In this document: piece by piece, positions 54,738 through 63,989 of the stretch
How positions within the stretch are numbered: the first letter of the stretch is position 1
How the letters are laid out: each line of letters begins with the position of its first letter
From: Gammaproteobacteria bacterium
GTDB lineage: Bacteria; Pseudomonadota; Gammaproteobacteria; Pseudomonadales; JAUIET01
Assembly: GCA_030429735.1 (NCBI GenBank)
Contig: JAUIET010000002.1
Coordinates: forward strand, 292,414 to 356,413
Direction: 5' to 3'
DNA: 64,000 nt
The notes under the pieces: model-generated
The model's database searches: none
The model's input: the letters and a program-made list of their open reading frames with translations, nothing else
What the model was told of the DNA's origin: nothing
Translations under genes and position numbers: made by a program

Positions 54738-55616
54738 ATGCAGTCTGAAACCATGCCTTACCAGAAAAAGTTTGCCAACGTACATGGCAAGCAAATCGCC
54801 TATGTGGAAGAGGGCAGCGGTGATCCCATTGTGTTGCTACACGGCAACCCCACGTCATCCTTCCTGTGGCGTAACGTTGTGCCAGAACTGGTGCATTCCG
54901 GCCGCGTGATTGTTCCCGATTTAATTGGCCAGGGCGATTCTGAAAAGTTGCCTGCCAGCGACGGCCCAGAGCGGTACTCGTTAGAGGTGGCTTACGACTA
55001 CGTCAGCGGACTGCTCGACGCTATAGATGCCAATAAAAAAGTGACGCTTGTCATTCATGATTGGGGCAGTGCCATCGGCTTTATGTGGGCTATGCGACAT
55101 TCAGAAAGTGTTAGAGGTGTGGCTTACATGGAAGGCATTGTTCAGCCGGTTAACTGGGCAGACTGGCCGGAGAGCGCTGTGGGAATTTTTAAAGGGTTTC
55201 GCTCGGAAAAAGGCGAAGACCTGATTCTAAACCGCAATATGTTCATTGAAGGTGTGTTACCGAGCTCAATAATTCGTACCTTAAGTGAGACCGAAATGGA
55301 TGCTTACCGCGCTCCTCACACCACCCCGGACGACCGCCAACCGCTGCTAAACTGGCCACGTCAAATTCCTATCGATGGTGAGCCTGAAGAGATCGCGGCC
55401 CTGGTGAGCGAATATGGCGCCTTTATGGCAGGCAGCCAAATACCCAAATTGTTCATCAACGCAGATCCGGGTTCTATTTTGGTCGGCCCACAACGCGAGT
55501 TTTGTCGCAGTTGGCCAAACCAGCAAGAGGTGACCGTAAAAGGCCTGCATTTCATTCAGGAAGATTCGCCGCGTGAGATTGGGCAGGCTGTTGCTAAATG
55601 GCTCCATATCATTTGA
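54738..55616 (+). CDS. haloalkane dehalogenase (alpha/beta hydrolase)
   Basis: HGNPTSSFLWRN and the nucleophile context VIHDWGSAIG. The length is right from ATG 54738. Confidence 0.8.
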   Translation: MQSETMPYQKKFANVHGKQIAYVEEGSGDPIVLLHGNPTSSFLWRNVVPELVHSGRVIVPDLIGQGDSEKLPASDGPERYSLEVAYDYVSGLLDAIDANKKVTLVIHDWGSAIGFMWAMRHSESVRGVAYMEGIVQPVNWADWPESAVGIFKGFRSEKGEDLILNRNMFIEGVLPSSIIRTLSETEMDAYRAPHTTPDDRQPLLNWPRQIPIDGEPEEIAALVSEYGAFMAGSQIPKLFINADPGSILVGPQREFCRSWPNQQEVTVKGLHFIQEDSPREIGQAVAKWLHII

Positions 55617-55789
55617 TTAATGATAACGCGGCGAAAACGATCCTGGTTCTGAGCGCATCACTTTAGTACTAGCGCATTACCTACATTGATACCCATAGCC
55701 TAGACATACACCCGGCCCCAAGCGTGGCTGCGAACATCTGGACACCAGGCCACGTTTGTCGGTTATCTAAGAATCAATGCAATAAAAAC

Positions 55790-55813
55790 TTGCAAATATG
55801 CGCAAATATGCAA
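55790..55813. promoter_or_regulatory. candidate ArsR operator/promoter: TTGCAAATATGCGCAAATATGCAA
   Basis: Tandem 10-bp repeat (tGCAAATATG/cGCAAATATG) bounded by inverted TTGCA/TGCAA. The right flank ATGCAAtTATAGC resembles ATGCAAgTAATAGC at 52157. It lies 28 nt upstream of the arsI ATG. Confidence 0.45.
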
Positions 55814-55840
55814 TTATAGCTTCTCATTCAGGAGGCCGTT

Positions 55841-56290
55841 ATGAAACGCATGCATGTCCATATCAATACCACACAAGAAAGCTTTGCGCAGGCCGCGCAG
55901 TTTTACTCCACCTTGTTTGACGCAGCGCCTACCAAAACACGCGAAAACTACGCTAAGTGGATGCTTGACGACCCGCGTGTGAATTTCGTGATTGAGGTCA
56001 TCGAGATAGAAGGCGACGTGCCAGGCATTCACCATGTAGGAATACAGGTGGATGAAAGCGAGGAACTAGCCGAGATTCAGTCAGCGCTCAGAGAGGCTGA
56101 TGTGCCGCTGCTTGAAGTTGGTGAGACCGTTTGCTGTTTTTCGAAGTCTGAAAAGAACTGGACCATGGACCCATCTGGTGTTCGTTGGGAAACATTTCGC
56201 ACCATGGGTGATGTTGACGAATACGGCGAAAAGACCCTGGAAGAACTGACCAACTATAACCGTCAGAGTGCTTCAGATGTCACGTTTTAA
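55841..56290 (+). CDS. arsI: ArsI/CadI-family glyoxalase-fold metalloenzyme (candidate C-As lyase)
   Basis: 149 aa with MKRMHVHINT..., DPRVNFVI, HHVGIQV and vicinal Cys pair ETVCCFSKSEKNW. AGGAGG SD upstream. Confidence 0.7.
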   Translation: MKRMHVHINTTQESFAQAAQFYSTLFDAAPTKTRENYAKWMLDDPRVNFVIEVIEIEGDVPGIHHVGIQVDESEELAEIQSALREADVPLLEVGETVCCFSKSEKNWTMDPSGVRWETFRTMGDVDEYGEKTLEELTNYNRQSASDVTF

Positions 56291-57320
56291 AGCCTGGCTC
56301 AGTGCCTGGATCGGGCTTGCCATGCTGGCAGGCATCGGTCTGGGCCTGCTGATACCGGAATCCTTCCGGTACCTTGGCAGTCTTACCGTTGCCAGTGTTA
56401 ACCCGGTAACGGCTGTGCTGGTATGGCTATTGATTTTCCCCACTATGGTGCAAATCGACTATTCACGCCTGTCGGAGGTGTGGCGTTCACGCCACTGGCG
56501 CGCAGGATCGGCGCTCACAACGATCGTGAATTGGCTGATAAAGCCGTTCACCATGGCTTTGCTCGCTATTGTATTTCTCAAATACGTGTTTTCACCTTGG
56601 TTTGATTCAGACCCCAGCGGTTATATCGCAGGCTTGATTCTTCTGGGCGTAGCACCGTGCACAGGTATGGTGTTTGTTTGGTCACGTATGACGAAAGGCG
56701 ACGCCATTTTCACTCTGAGTCAGGTATCACTCAATGATGTGATTTTGCTGTTTGCCTTCGCACCCATTGCCGGCGTATTGCTGGGCATTGCGGGTATTGA
56801 AATACCCTGGCGTACGTTGGGATTATCCACCTTAGTCTATGTCGTGGTACCTTTGGCGACCGGTTTTTTATTTCAGATACATTTGAAAGCGCGGGGTAAT
56901 GCGGCCGTTGAACAGTTCGACCGCACCAGTGGCAAACTCACCAATGCCGGTTTATTGCTGCTTGTAGTTCTACTATTTGGTTTTCAGTCGCTGACCATTG
57001 TCGAGCAGCCATTAATTATTGCGCTGATTTCAGTGCCGGTCATTGTTCAAGCATTGCTCGTCTTTGTAGTAACTTACGGCGCGGCTTATGTGTTGAGGCT
57101 GCCGGCAACGGTTGCAGGGCCTGCGGCACTGATAGGCACGAGTAATTTTTTCGAGCTTGCTGTAGCCATCGCGGTTGCCGTGTTTGGCATCCACTCAGAC
57201 GCGGCGATTGCCACTGTGGTGGGAGTGCTGGTGGAAGTGCCAGTGATGTTGATGCTGGTTGCGTTTATCAATCATACCAGCAGCAAGGTAGATCAACACG
57301 CGTTGGCACTTTCATCATGA
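56277..57320 (+). CDS. acr3: ACR3-family arsenite efflux permease
   Basis: About 10 TM helices and the conserved LLGVAPCTGMVFVWS motif. The start overlaps the arsI end. Confidence 0.85.
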   Translation: MSRFKAWLSAWIGLAMLAGIGLGLLIPESFRYLGSLTVASVNPVTAVLVWLLIFPTMVQIDYSRLSEVWRSRHWRAGSALTTIVNWLIKPFTMALLAIVFLKYVFSPWFDSDPSGYIAGLILLGVAPCTGMVFVWSRMTKGDAIFTLSQVSLNDVILLFAFAPIAGVLLGIAGIEIPWRTLGLSTLVYVVVPLATGFLFQIHLKARGNAAVEQFDRTSGKLTNAGLLLLVVLLFGFQSLTIVEQPLIIALISVPVIVQALLVFVVTYGAAYVLRLPATVAGPAALIGTSNFFELAVAIAVAVFGIHSDAAIATVVGVLVEVPVMLMLVAFINHTSSKVDQHALALSS

Positions 57321-58036
57321 CACCATTGGCCAGCGCTAAAACTCTGTTTGGCGTGACGGTTTATCGTTGGGTACTACTTGGCGCACTGATGGTCTTGCTG
57401 CTTGTACTTTCGATAGTCATACGTGGGCAACTCGATATTGAATGGAGTATGGATTCATTGCGACTGTTTGTTCAGTCGCTGGGTGTGTGGGGCCCAATGT
57501 CTTACATCTGCATTCTGGTTTTTCGGTTTCTGTTTCTGATTCCAAGCAGCCTTTTGTTGCTGGCGGCCGGAATTTTGTTTGGCCCATTGTATGGCGCGCT
57601 TTATGCGGGACTTGGTTTGTTTGGTTCCGCGCTATGGAAGTACGCAATGGTATGTATTGTTGGTCAGAATATTTTACTGCGCCAGCTTCCCGAATCGTTG
57701 CAACCCCGGCTAGCCACCACAGTAAAGCGTAAATCAAGTGTGTGGGCGCTTGCTGGAATAAGTGCCTACCCGTTCATACCGAAACACATGTTTCAGTTTG
57801 CGGCTATTCTGTCTGGAATGGCGCTACCTGCCTACGCAAGCGCGGTATTTACAGGCAGTTTCATTCGCGCTGGCCTTTTCGCTTCTGCCGGCGAGGCGCT
57901 GTATTCCGGAATGGGTCTTGTCGCCGTGACCGCTGCGTTAGTTATTCTGCTCGGGGCGCCACTGTGCATAGCGCCTTGGCGACGATGGATACTCGCTCCC
58001 TTGCATGCATCGTTCACTCATAAGTTCCAGGAGTAA
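57317..58036 (+). CDS. TVP38/TMEM64 (DedA-superfamily) membrane protein
   Basis: 239 aa, multi-TM, with ATGA overlap with acr3. Confidence 0.65.
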   Translation: MTPLASAKTLFGVTVYRWVLLGALMVLLLVLSIVIRGQLDIEWSMDSLRLFVQSLGVWGPMSYICILVFRFLFLIPSSLLLLAAGILFGPLYGALYAGLGLFGSALWKYAMVCIVGQNILLRQLPESLQPRLATTVKRKSSVWALAGISAYPFIPKHMFQFAAILSGMALPAYASAVFTGSFIRAGLFASAGEALYSGMGLVAVTAALVILLGAPLCIAPWRRWILAPLHASFTHKFQE

Positions 58037-58039
58037 ATC

Positions 58040-58663
58040 ATGATCACCCTCTATGGAGGACCAACTACCAATGTGCGCAAAGTGACGATAGCGCTGGAAG
58101 AGTTGAACATTCCGTATTATCCGAATCATATTCTGCTGCATATGGGTCACCAGCGTGAAGAATGGTTTCTAGCCATGGCACCAAATAATAAGATTCCATT
58201 AATAGACGATGGCGAGTCGGGCATTAAGGTATGGGAATCCGGCGCCATACTCACTTATCTTGCCGACCAATATGACCCAGGGGGTGAGATTCTGGCCAAG
58301 TCAGGGCAGGCCCGTTACGCAGCTTTGCAAGGCGCTTTCTTTCAAGCGGCCCACATTGGACCAAACCTTGGCCGATTGAACGATCAGTTAACGGCGGCGG
58401 ATGAGGACAAAATTCCGGCAATGATGGAGCTGTTTTACACCGAAGCTGTGCGTTTGAGTGGCGTATTGCAACGCATGCTGGACGACGAGCGGCCCTATTT
58501 GGCAGGAAACTACTCAATAGCTGACATCATGCACTACCCATGGATGAAAGCCGCACTTGATCTGCAATTCCCTGCCTTGATTGAAAAACCGTTACTAGTA
58601 GCCTGGATCGAACGAATAGGGGAGAGACCTGCAGTGCAAAGAGGTATGCTTGCATTTGGATAG
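58040..58663 (+). CDS. glutathione S-transferase
   Basis: 207 aa with a GST N-terminal fold (NKIPLIDD...WESGAILTYL) and C-terminal domain. It starts 3 nt after the upstream stop. Confidence 0.8.
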   Translation: MITLYGGPTTNVRKVTIALEELNIPYYPNHILLHMGHQREEWFLAMAPNNKIPLIDDGESGIKVWESGAILTYLADQYDPGGEILAKSGQARYAALQGAFFQAAHIGPNLGRLNDQLTAADEDKIPAMMELFYTEAVRLSGVLQRMLDDERPYLAGNYSIADIMHYPWMKAALDLQFPALIEKPLLVAWIERIGERPAVQRGMLAFG

Positions 58664-58680
58664 CTGTCTGAGGGCATATC

Positions 58681-59571
58681 ATGAAAATAGGCATGACACT
58701 CCCGGTAACGGAACCTGGCTGGACCAGGCTCAGCCTCAAGACCTGGTGCGAGAACATTGAGCAAGGCCCGTTTGACAGCTTGGCGCTGGGCGAGCGGCTC
58801 TGCTTCCCAAGCCCGGAAGTGATTGCCACGCTGTCGGCCGCGGCCGTGTTAACCGAGCGCGTGCGGTTGCACACTACGGTGTTGATCGCACCCATTCACG
58901 ACCCGGTGGTTCTCGCCAAACAACTCGCCACAATAGATGTGTTCAGCGAAGGGCGGCTAACCGTCGGCGTAGGCACTGGAGGGCGTGACGAAGACTATAT
59001 TGCCAGTGGCACTGATCTGCAGCGCAAACGCATTGCCGAAATGGAACGGACTGTAGCCTGCATGCGCGACGTATGGGCCGGCGACATCGTGCGCGAAGGT
59101 TTGCTGCGCCCTGTAGAACCCTTTCCGATTCAAGAAGGTGGCCCACCGATTCTGGCGGGCGTATTCGGACCGAAAGGTGTAGCCAGTGCTGCGGGTTTTG
59201 CGTCGGGTATTGCGGGTATGAGCATGAGTGCCCGCGCTGAAGAAGCAGCCGCTGCTATTGAACTAGCGCGAAGCAGCTGGCAATCGGCCGGCCGAACAAA
59301 CAAACCCTATGCAACAAGCTCATTCTGGTTTGCGCTGGGTGACTCCGCCGATGAGCAAATTCGTGTTCATTTGAATCGTTACTTTAATTGGCTGGATGCC
59401 GACTCACGTAACGCGATGAGTGAACACTGTGGATTTCGTGGCAGCGCATCCGATTTAGCGCAGCGCATACGTGAATTTGAGGCAGCAGGCTGTGACGAGT
59501 TGCAGTTAATACCGACGAGTATTGATCCGGATGAAGTATTGCGGGCTGCTGAGGCGGTGACAAACCGCTAA
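58681..59571 (+). CDS. LLM-class (luciferase-like) flavin-dependent oxidoreductase
   Basis: 296 aa with MKIGMTLP...LAKQLATIDVFSEGRLTVGVGTG, typical of LLM proteins. Confidence 0.8.
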   Translation: MKIGMTLPVTEPGWTRLSLKTWCENIEQGPFDSLALGERLCFPSPEVIATLSAAAVLTERVRLHTTVLIAPIHDPVVLAKQLATIDVFSEGRLTVGVGTGGRDEDYIASGTDLQRKRIAEMERTVACMRDVWAGDIVREGLLRPVEPFPIQEGGPPILAGVFGPKGVASAAGFASGIAGMSMSARAEEAAAAIELARSSWQSAGRTNKPYATSSFWFALGDSADEQIRVHLNRYFNWLDADSRNAMSEHCGFRGSASDLAQRIREFEAAGCDELQLIPTSIDPDEVLRAAEAVTNR

Positions 59572-59828
59572 GAGCGGTTGTCAAGGCGTTTTACGTGAAC
59601 GCTGAAGGCGAGGAACACAACATTTTGTTAAAAGCAATGCGGTTATTGGCTCATACGCTGCTCTTAAAAGCAAAAAAATCCCTAGCAAGCCCTGGCAGAC
59701 CGCACGATCTGGAGAATGAATTTTGGGCTGATTGAACAGCTTTCCGAAAACGATAGCGAGATCATTTCCAAAGGTGGTTATAATCGCATGAACATTTTTA
59801 GCCAATAATAATATTTTGTGATTTAACA

Positions 59829-60734
59829 TTGTTGAAGAATACCTTTCTGCTCATTTCTGTACTGCTTTTTGCGGTAGCGAGCCTATTTGTGATCGGCTTT
59901 AGGGATAACCCGGCAAGACCTGCGCTTGGCGCAGCAGCTGTGGTTCAATCAGACTGCGCTGAAATTCAATACTACCTTAGCGGCCCCACTGAAGGGGAAT
60001 CAGTGGTGCTTCTTCCCGGCTGGGCTCGTTCTGTGTCTGATTTCAATGAGCTGGTTACTGAGCTGAATACCGCCGGTTACCGAACGCTGGCAATCAATGC
60101 CCAGGGTATAGAGGGTTCAACCCTAGCCGATAGCGATATGACGCTACACGATTATGCGGCTGATGTTAAAGCGGTACTGGATGCCGAGCAGTATGGATCG
60201 GTTGTTATCGTCGCTCATGCCTACGGTAACCGTATTGCACGCACTTTTGCGCATGACTACCCGAACCGCAGTCATGGTCTTGTATTGCTGGCCGCTGGTG
60301 GGGAAAAGCCAACTCCCACGGTGGTGAGTCAGGCCATAATGAAAACGCAGTTTTCATTGCTTCCCTATGCTACTCGTGAAAAGGCTGTGGATTTCGCTTT
60401 TTTCGCTGAGGGGAATACAGTACCCGATTACTGGGTCTCAGGTTGGTATCCCAGAGCAGGGCTAGCTCAAGCCAATGCTACTCGCGCGATTTCAACTGAT
60501 CGTACTGATCCTGCATGGGTGGCGGGCGGCGATGACCCGATGGTGATTCTGGAGCCCGCTGAAGATGCCGCTGCTGCTGGCGCGGGGGACGTGTTAAAGC
60601 GGCGGCACCCAGAGCGAGTGACTTTGCGGTTTGTAAAAAATGCAGGGCATGCGCTTTTGCCTGAGCAGCCAGAGGAAACGGCGCGCTTGGTTCTGCAGGC
60701 CTTGGCTCGCTTCAAACTACCGCAACCAGGATGA
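59829..60734 (+). CDS. alpha/beta-hydrolase-fold protein with N-terminal anchor; nucleophile elbow reads AHAYG (no Ser)
   Basis: 301 aa with a TTG start (uncertain). The fold pattern is VVLLPGW...VIVAHAYGN...NAGHALLPEQPE. Confidence 0.6.
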   Translation: MLKNTFLLISVLLFAVASLFVIGFRDNPARPALGAAAVVQSDCAEIQYYLSGPTEGESVVLLPGWARSVSDFNELVTELNTAGYRTLAINAQGIEGSTLADSDMTLHDYAADVKAVLDAEQYGSVVIVAHAYGNRIARTFAHDYPNRSHGLVLLAAGGEKPTPTVVSQAIMKTQFSLLPYATREKAVDFAFFAEGNTVPDYWVSGWYPRAGLAQANATRAISTDRTDPAWVAGGDDPMVILEPAEDAAAAGAGDVLKRRHPERVTLRFVKNAGHALLPEQPEETARLVLQALARFKLPQPG

Positions 60735-62290
60735 TCACGGCAGTAAGCAATCCCATATTGCCATTAATCGCAAAGTCGGATTGTGCAAGGCACATGAAGC
60801 CAACAAACAGCACCAACGTGGTTACCCACAGTGCCCACAAGCCAAAGCCAATGGCGGCAGGCGCCAGGTTGGGAAGCAAGCTTAACAAGCCATACCGTAT
60901 AGAGCGTAGGGCAAGCGCCATCAGAAACGAGATAAGCAGTAAGGCTATTGTGGTGCCCAGCAACATACCAATAATATTGCGGTGCGCCAAATGCGCAAAC
61001 ATAAGCAACGTGCTGCTAAGGTTCACATCATATTGCGGAGCATTGTCTGCTAAGGCCAATGATTACCAGTGACATAGCAGGCAACAATATACGGCGTTTT
61101 TCAATAACAAAATTGGCCAGAGTTCGCATGGGGTCTTTTGTTTTGTGCTGTTGCTGGGCAACTCGAAGCGGAAGCAGGGATATCAAGGCTGGAAACAGCG
61201 TAATGGAAAAGGCAAATGCCAGTAACATTCCCGTTGCCACCATATTGCCCAAATCTTGAAACGGAGGGGAATCTGAAAAATTCATGCTCAGAAAGCCAAC
61301 CGCCGTTGTAACACTGGTGAGCATTATAGGCTTGAAGTTGAGTTGTAGGCTGTCCAGCAGCGCACCCTTTTTATTCGCGCCTTCGCGCATATTGAATGCG
61401 AGCGTTGTTAAAATATGTACGCAATCTGCCACTACCAGCGTTAAGATCATGATGGGCGCAGAGGAAGATGCGCCTGTTAGAAAGAAACCGGCCCAACCCG
61501 CCAACCCCATCGTGGTCGCAATGCTGGCGATCGCGATGATCAGTATGGATAAGGTGCCGCTGACGGTTCGAAAGATGGCCGCGATAATCAGCATTACCAG
61601 CACAAACATCTGCGGTACCAAACTAACATTGTCATTGATAGCCGCTTCAAGGAACGCCGTATTCAACATGGTAATGCCAGACAGATGAACCTTAACCCCT
61701 GGGTTGTTTGCCTCAAACTCCGCGGCTAGCTGTCGAACTGCCGCGGCCACCTCTGGCTCCTCGCTTAGCGCATCTTCCCCGGGTAGGTCGATGGTTACGT
61801 TTACAACGGTGGCCTGACCGTCCTTTGCGACAAGCTTGTTGATCAGCAGCGGTTCATTGGCAGCAATCTGTTCTATTCGGCGCAGCTCTTCTTTGCCAAA
61901 AGAGGGTGCATTGGAGACCAGGTCTTCAACAATAAGATCATCTTCTTCTGCGTGGGTGTGTTGATAGTTAATGATGGAATCAACGCGCGTGGAGTAGGGT
62001 ATGTTCCAGGCATTTGCGGTGAGATCGCGAATAGCAATAATTACGTTGGAAGTAAAAATACTCCCTTCATCCGGAACAACCAGCATGGCTATGTTGTCAT
62101 TGGCGCCATACACCTCTTCCATAAGCTCGTAGGCGGAGAGCTGCGGGTTTTCGGGGCTGAAGTAGACTTCGTAGTCGCCAATGTAGCGTAATTTGGAAGC
62201 GCCAAGTGAGGCTGCAAGTACTACGCACAGCGACAGAACAATAACAATTGCTGGATGATTAATAATCCAGGAGAAAAAACGCTTTTGCAT
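60712..62290 (-). pseudogene. disrupted RND-superfamily (COG1033/MMPL-like) exporter gene
   Basis: 420-aa ORF (61028-62290) plus a 115-aa ORF in another frame (60712-61059). Together they give about 535 aa versus the roughly 750-800 I expect. The second periplasmic domain and the C-terminus appear to be missing. Confidence 0.5.
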
Positions 62291-62473
62291 ACTTTATTGG
62301 AGACTGCCTGAGTTGACAAAAACAGGCAGTTTACCTCGATATTTGCAGAGAAGCGGCAGCGTAGCCAAAACTGGCTGCGATATGAGGATTGTCATGCGCC
62401 CAGACTTCGCGGTACTCTCAGCGTGGCGTTACCTCAGCTACTTGTTACTCAAACGTTAACGGTGCCAAAAGCC

Positions 62474-63754
62474 ATGTGCTCCAAGTTACTTCCAGCAACT
62501 CTGCTCGCCTTTATATGGTCTGTTCTTTGGCTACACAGCAACGCTTCACTTGCAGACGGAGCAGCAGGTTCACTGATACCAGCGCAGCAAGTTCACGGCA
62601 GCCAACGCATGGTATTCCCGAATGTACCTGGTTATCTCACGCTCAGTGCTGATTTGCACACCCACAGTGTGTTTTCAGACGGCCATGTTTGGCCAAATAT
62701 TCGCGTGGAGGAAGCCAGCAGGGAAGGCCTGGACGTGCTGGCCATTACTGAGCATCTGGAATGGCAGCCACACAGTATGGATTTGCCCCACAAGGATAGA
62801 AACCGGGCTTTTGAGATTGCGGCTAAGGCAGCAACGGGCGGCCCTGTTGTGATTTTGCCAGGGGCAGAGATCACGCGCGAGGCGCCGGTGGGTCATCTCA
62901 ATGCCGTATTTATTACAGATGCCAATGCGCTGCACGCACCAGCCGATTATTCACCTGATCAAACCGATGTTGAGAAGATAGTGGCGCAACTGCCGGATTG
63001 GGGTGCTGAGGCCGAGGTAAACCGGCAGTATGTGCTGGCCGGGCTGTGGCCTGTTGAACAGGCGCTTCAGGAAGTACGAAAGCAGCAGGGTTTTGCGTTT
63101 TGGAATCATCCATCCTGGGCTGAGCAAGCACCAGACGGTTTGCCACCGGTGAGTAATGATCACAGGCGTTGGTTTAAAGAAGGTCTTGTTCAGGGCATTG
63201 AAATAGCGAACAGTAACCTTTATTCGCCAGAGTCATTTCAATTGGCGCTGGACTATAAACTTACACTTATTGGCACCTCAGACGTGCACGACCTGATTGA
63301 CTGGGACTTTCCGCCTTCGCTTGACCAGCATCGGCCAGTAACGCTGATTTTTTCCAAAACCCGCGCAGCCGATTCCATACGAGACGCACTGGTCAACCTT
63401 AGAACCGTTGTGTGGTTTAGAGATACTTTACTCGGTCGAGAGCAACATTTGCTGCCTTTGGTAAATGAAGGCCTGAGCATTTCGAAAGCCAACTTTGATC
63501 ATGAAGGCAGTGTACTCAGCGTGCAACTGAAAAACACCACTAGTGTGCCATTTCGTATTGAGAACATATCCAACTACACGGATCAAACCCACACAGGTGT
63601 TATGACCGTACCTGCATTGGGCGAACTGGATTTAAAACTGGGTATGCTCGAGCGCAAATCGCAGATCGAATTTTCGGTGAGGGTACACAATGCGTTGGTG
63701 GCGCCGAACAAAGCATTGGAGCTTACATTGAGCGCTGATATTGAGGGCTTTTAA
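62474..63754 (+). CDS. secreted PHP-domain phosphoesterase
   Basis: Signal peptide from ATG 62474 and PHP motifs DLHTHSVFSDGHVWP and AITEH. Confidence 0.7.
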   Translation: MCSKLLPATLLAFIWSVLWLHSNASLADGAAGSLIPAQQVHGSQRMVFPNVPGYLTLSADLHTHSVFSDGHVWPNIRVEEASREGLDVLAITEHLEWQPHSMDLPHKDRNRAFEIAAKAATGGPVVILPGAEITREAPVGHLNAVFITDANALHAPADYSPDQTDVEKIVAQLPDWGAEAEVNRQYVLAGLWPVEQALQEVRKQQGFAFWNHPSWAEQAPDGLPPVSNDHRRWFKEGLVQGIEIANSNLYSPESFQLALDYKLTLIGTSDVHDLIDWDFPPSLDQHRPVTLIFSKTRAADSIRDALVNLRTVVWFRDTLLGREQHLLPLVNEGLSISKANFDHEGSVLSVQLKNTTSVPFRIENISNYTDQTHTGVMTVPALGELDLKLGMLERKSQIEFSVRVHNALVAPNKALELTLSADIEGF

Positions 63755-63989
63755 CCAGGCAGCGTGGCAAACGCTTCGCTGAACTATTCCATGCGCGATT
63801 TGTTGTTGTGCTCAAGCCAGCGTTCTTCAGTGCTTCGCGATCTTGACGAAAAATTCTACGTGTCATCAGCAAATTGTTGACTCGCACAAATTCACTTACG
63901 CATGCGTCTACGCCAAATACCGCTGTAACGTGTTCTGAGGTGATGCTTACGCCTTCCATTGGCGCCAGAAGAAGGCTTAAGTATGCCAC
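63723..63989 (-). pseudogene. dusC: 5' remnant of a tRNA-dihydrouridine synthase gene (DusC-like)
   Basis: GTG 63989 gives ...LLLAPMEGVSITSEHVTAVFGVDACVSEFVRVNNLLMTRRIFRQDREALKNAG, collinear with the E. coli DusC N-terminus as I recall it. Similarity is lost after about 60 codons and the ORF stops at 88 aa. Confidence 0.5.

Noticed and set aside
62303-62330. Hairpin ACTGCCTG-12 nt-CAGGCAGT just upstream of the RND pseudogene start
   Set aside because: It is a perfect 8-bp stem, but with no U-tract, no repeat elsewhere in the window, and an adjacent gene that appears defunct. This is insufficient to call an operator or terminator.
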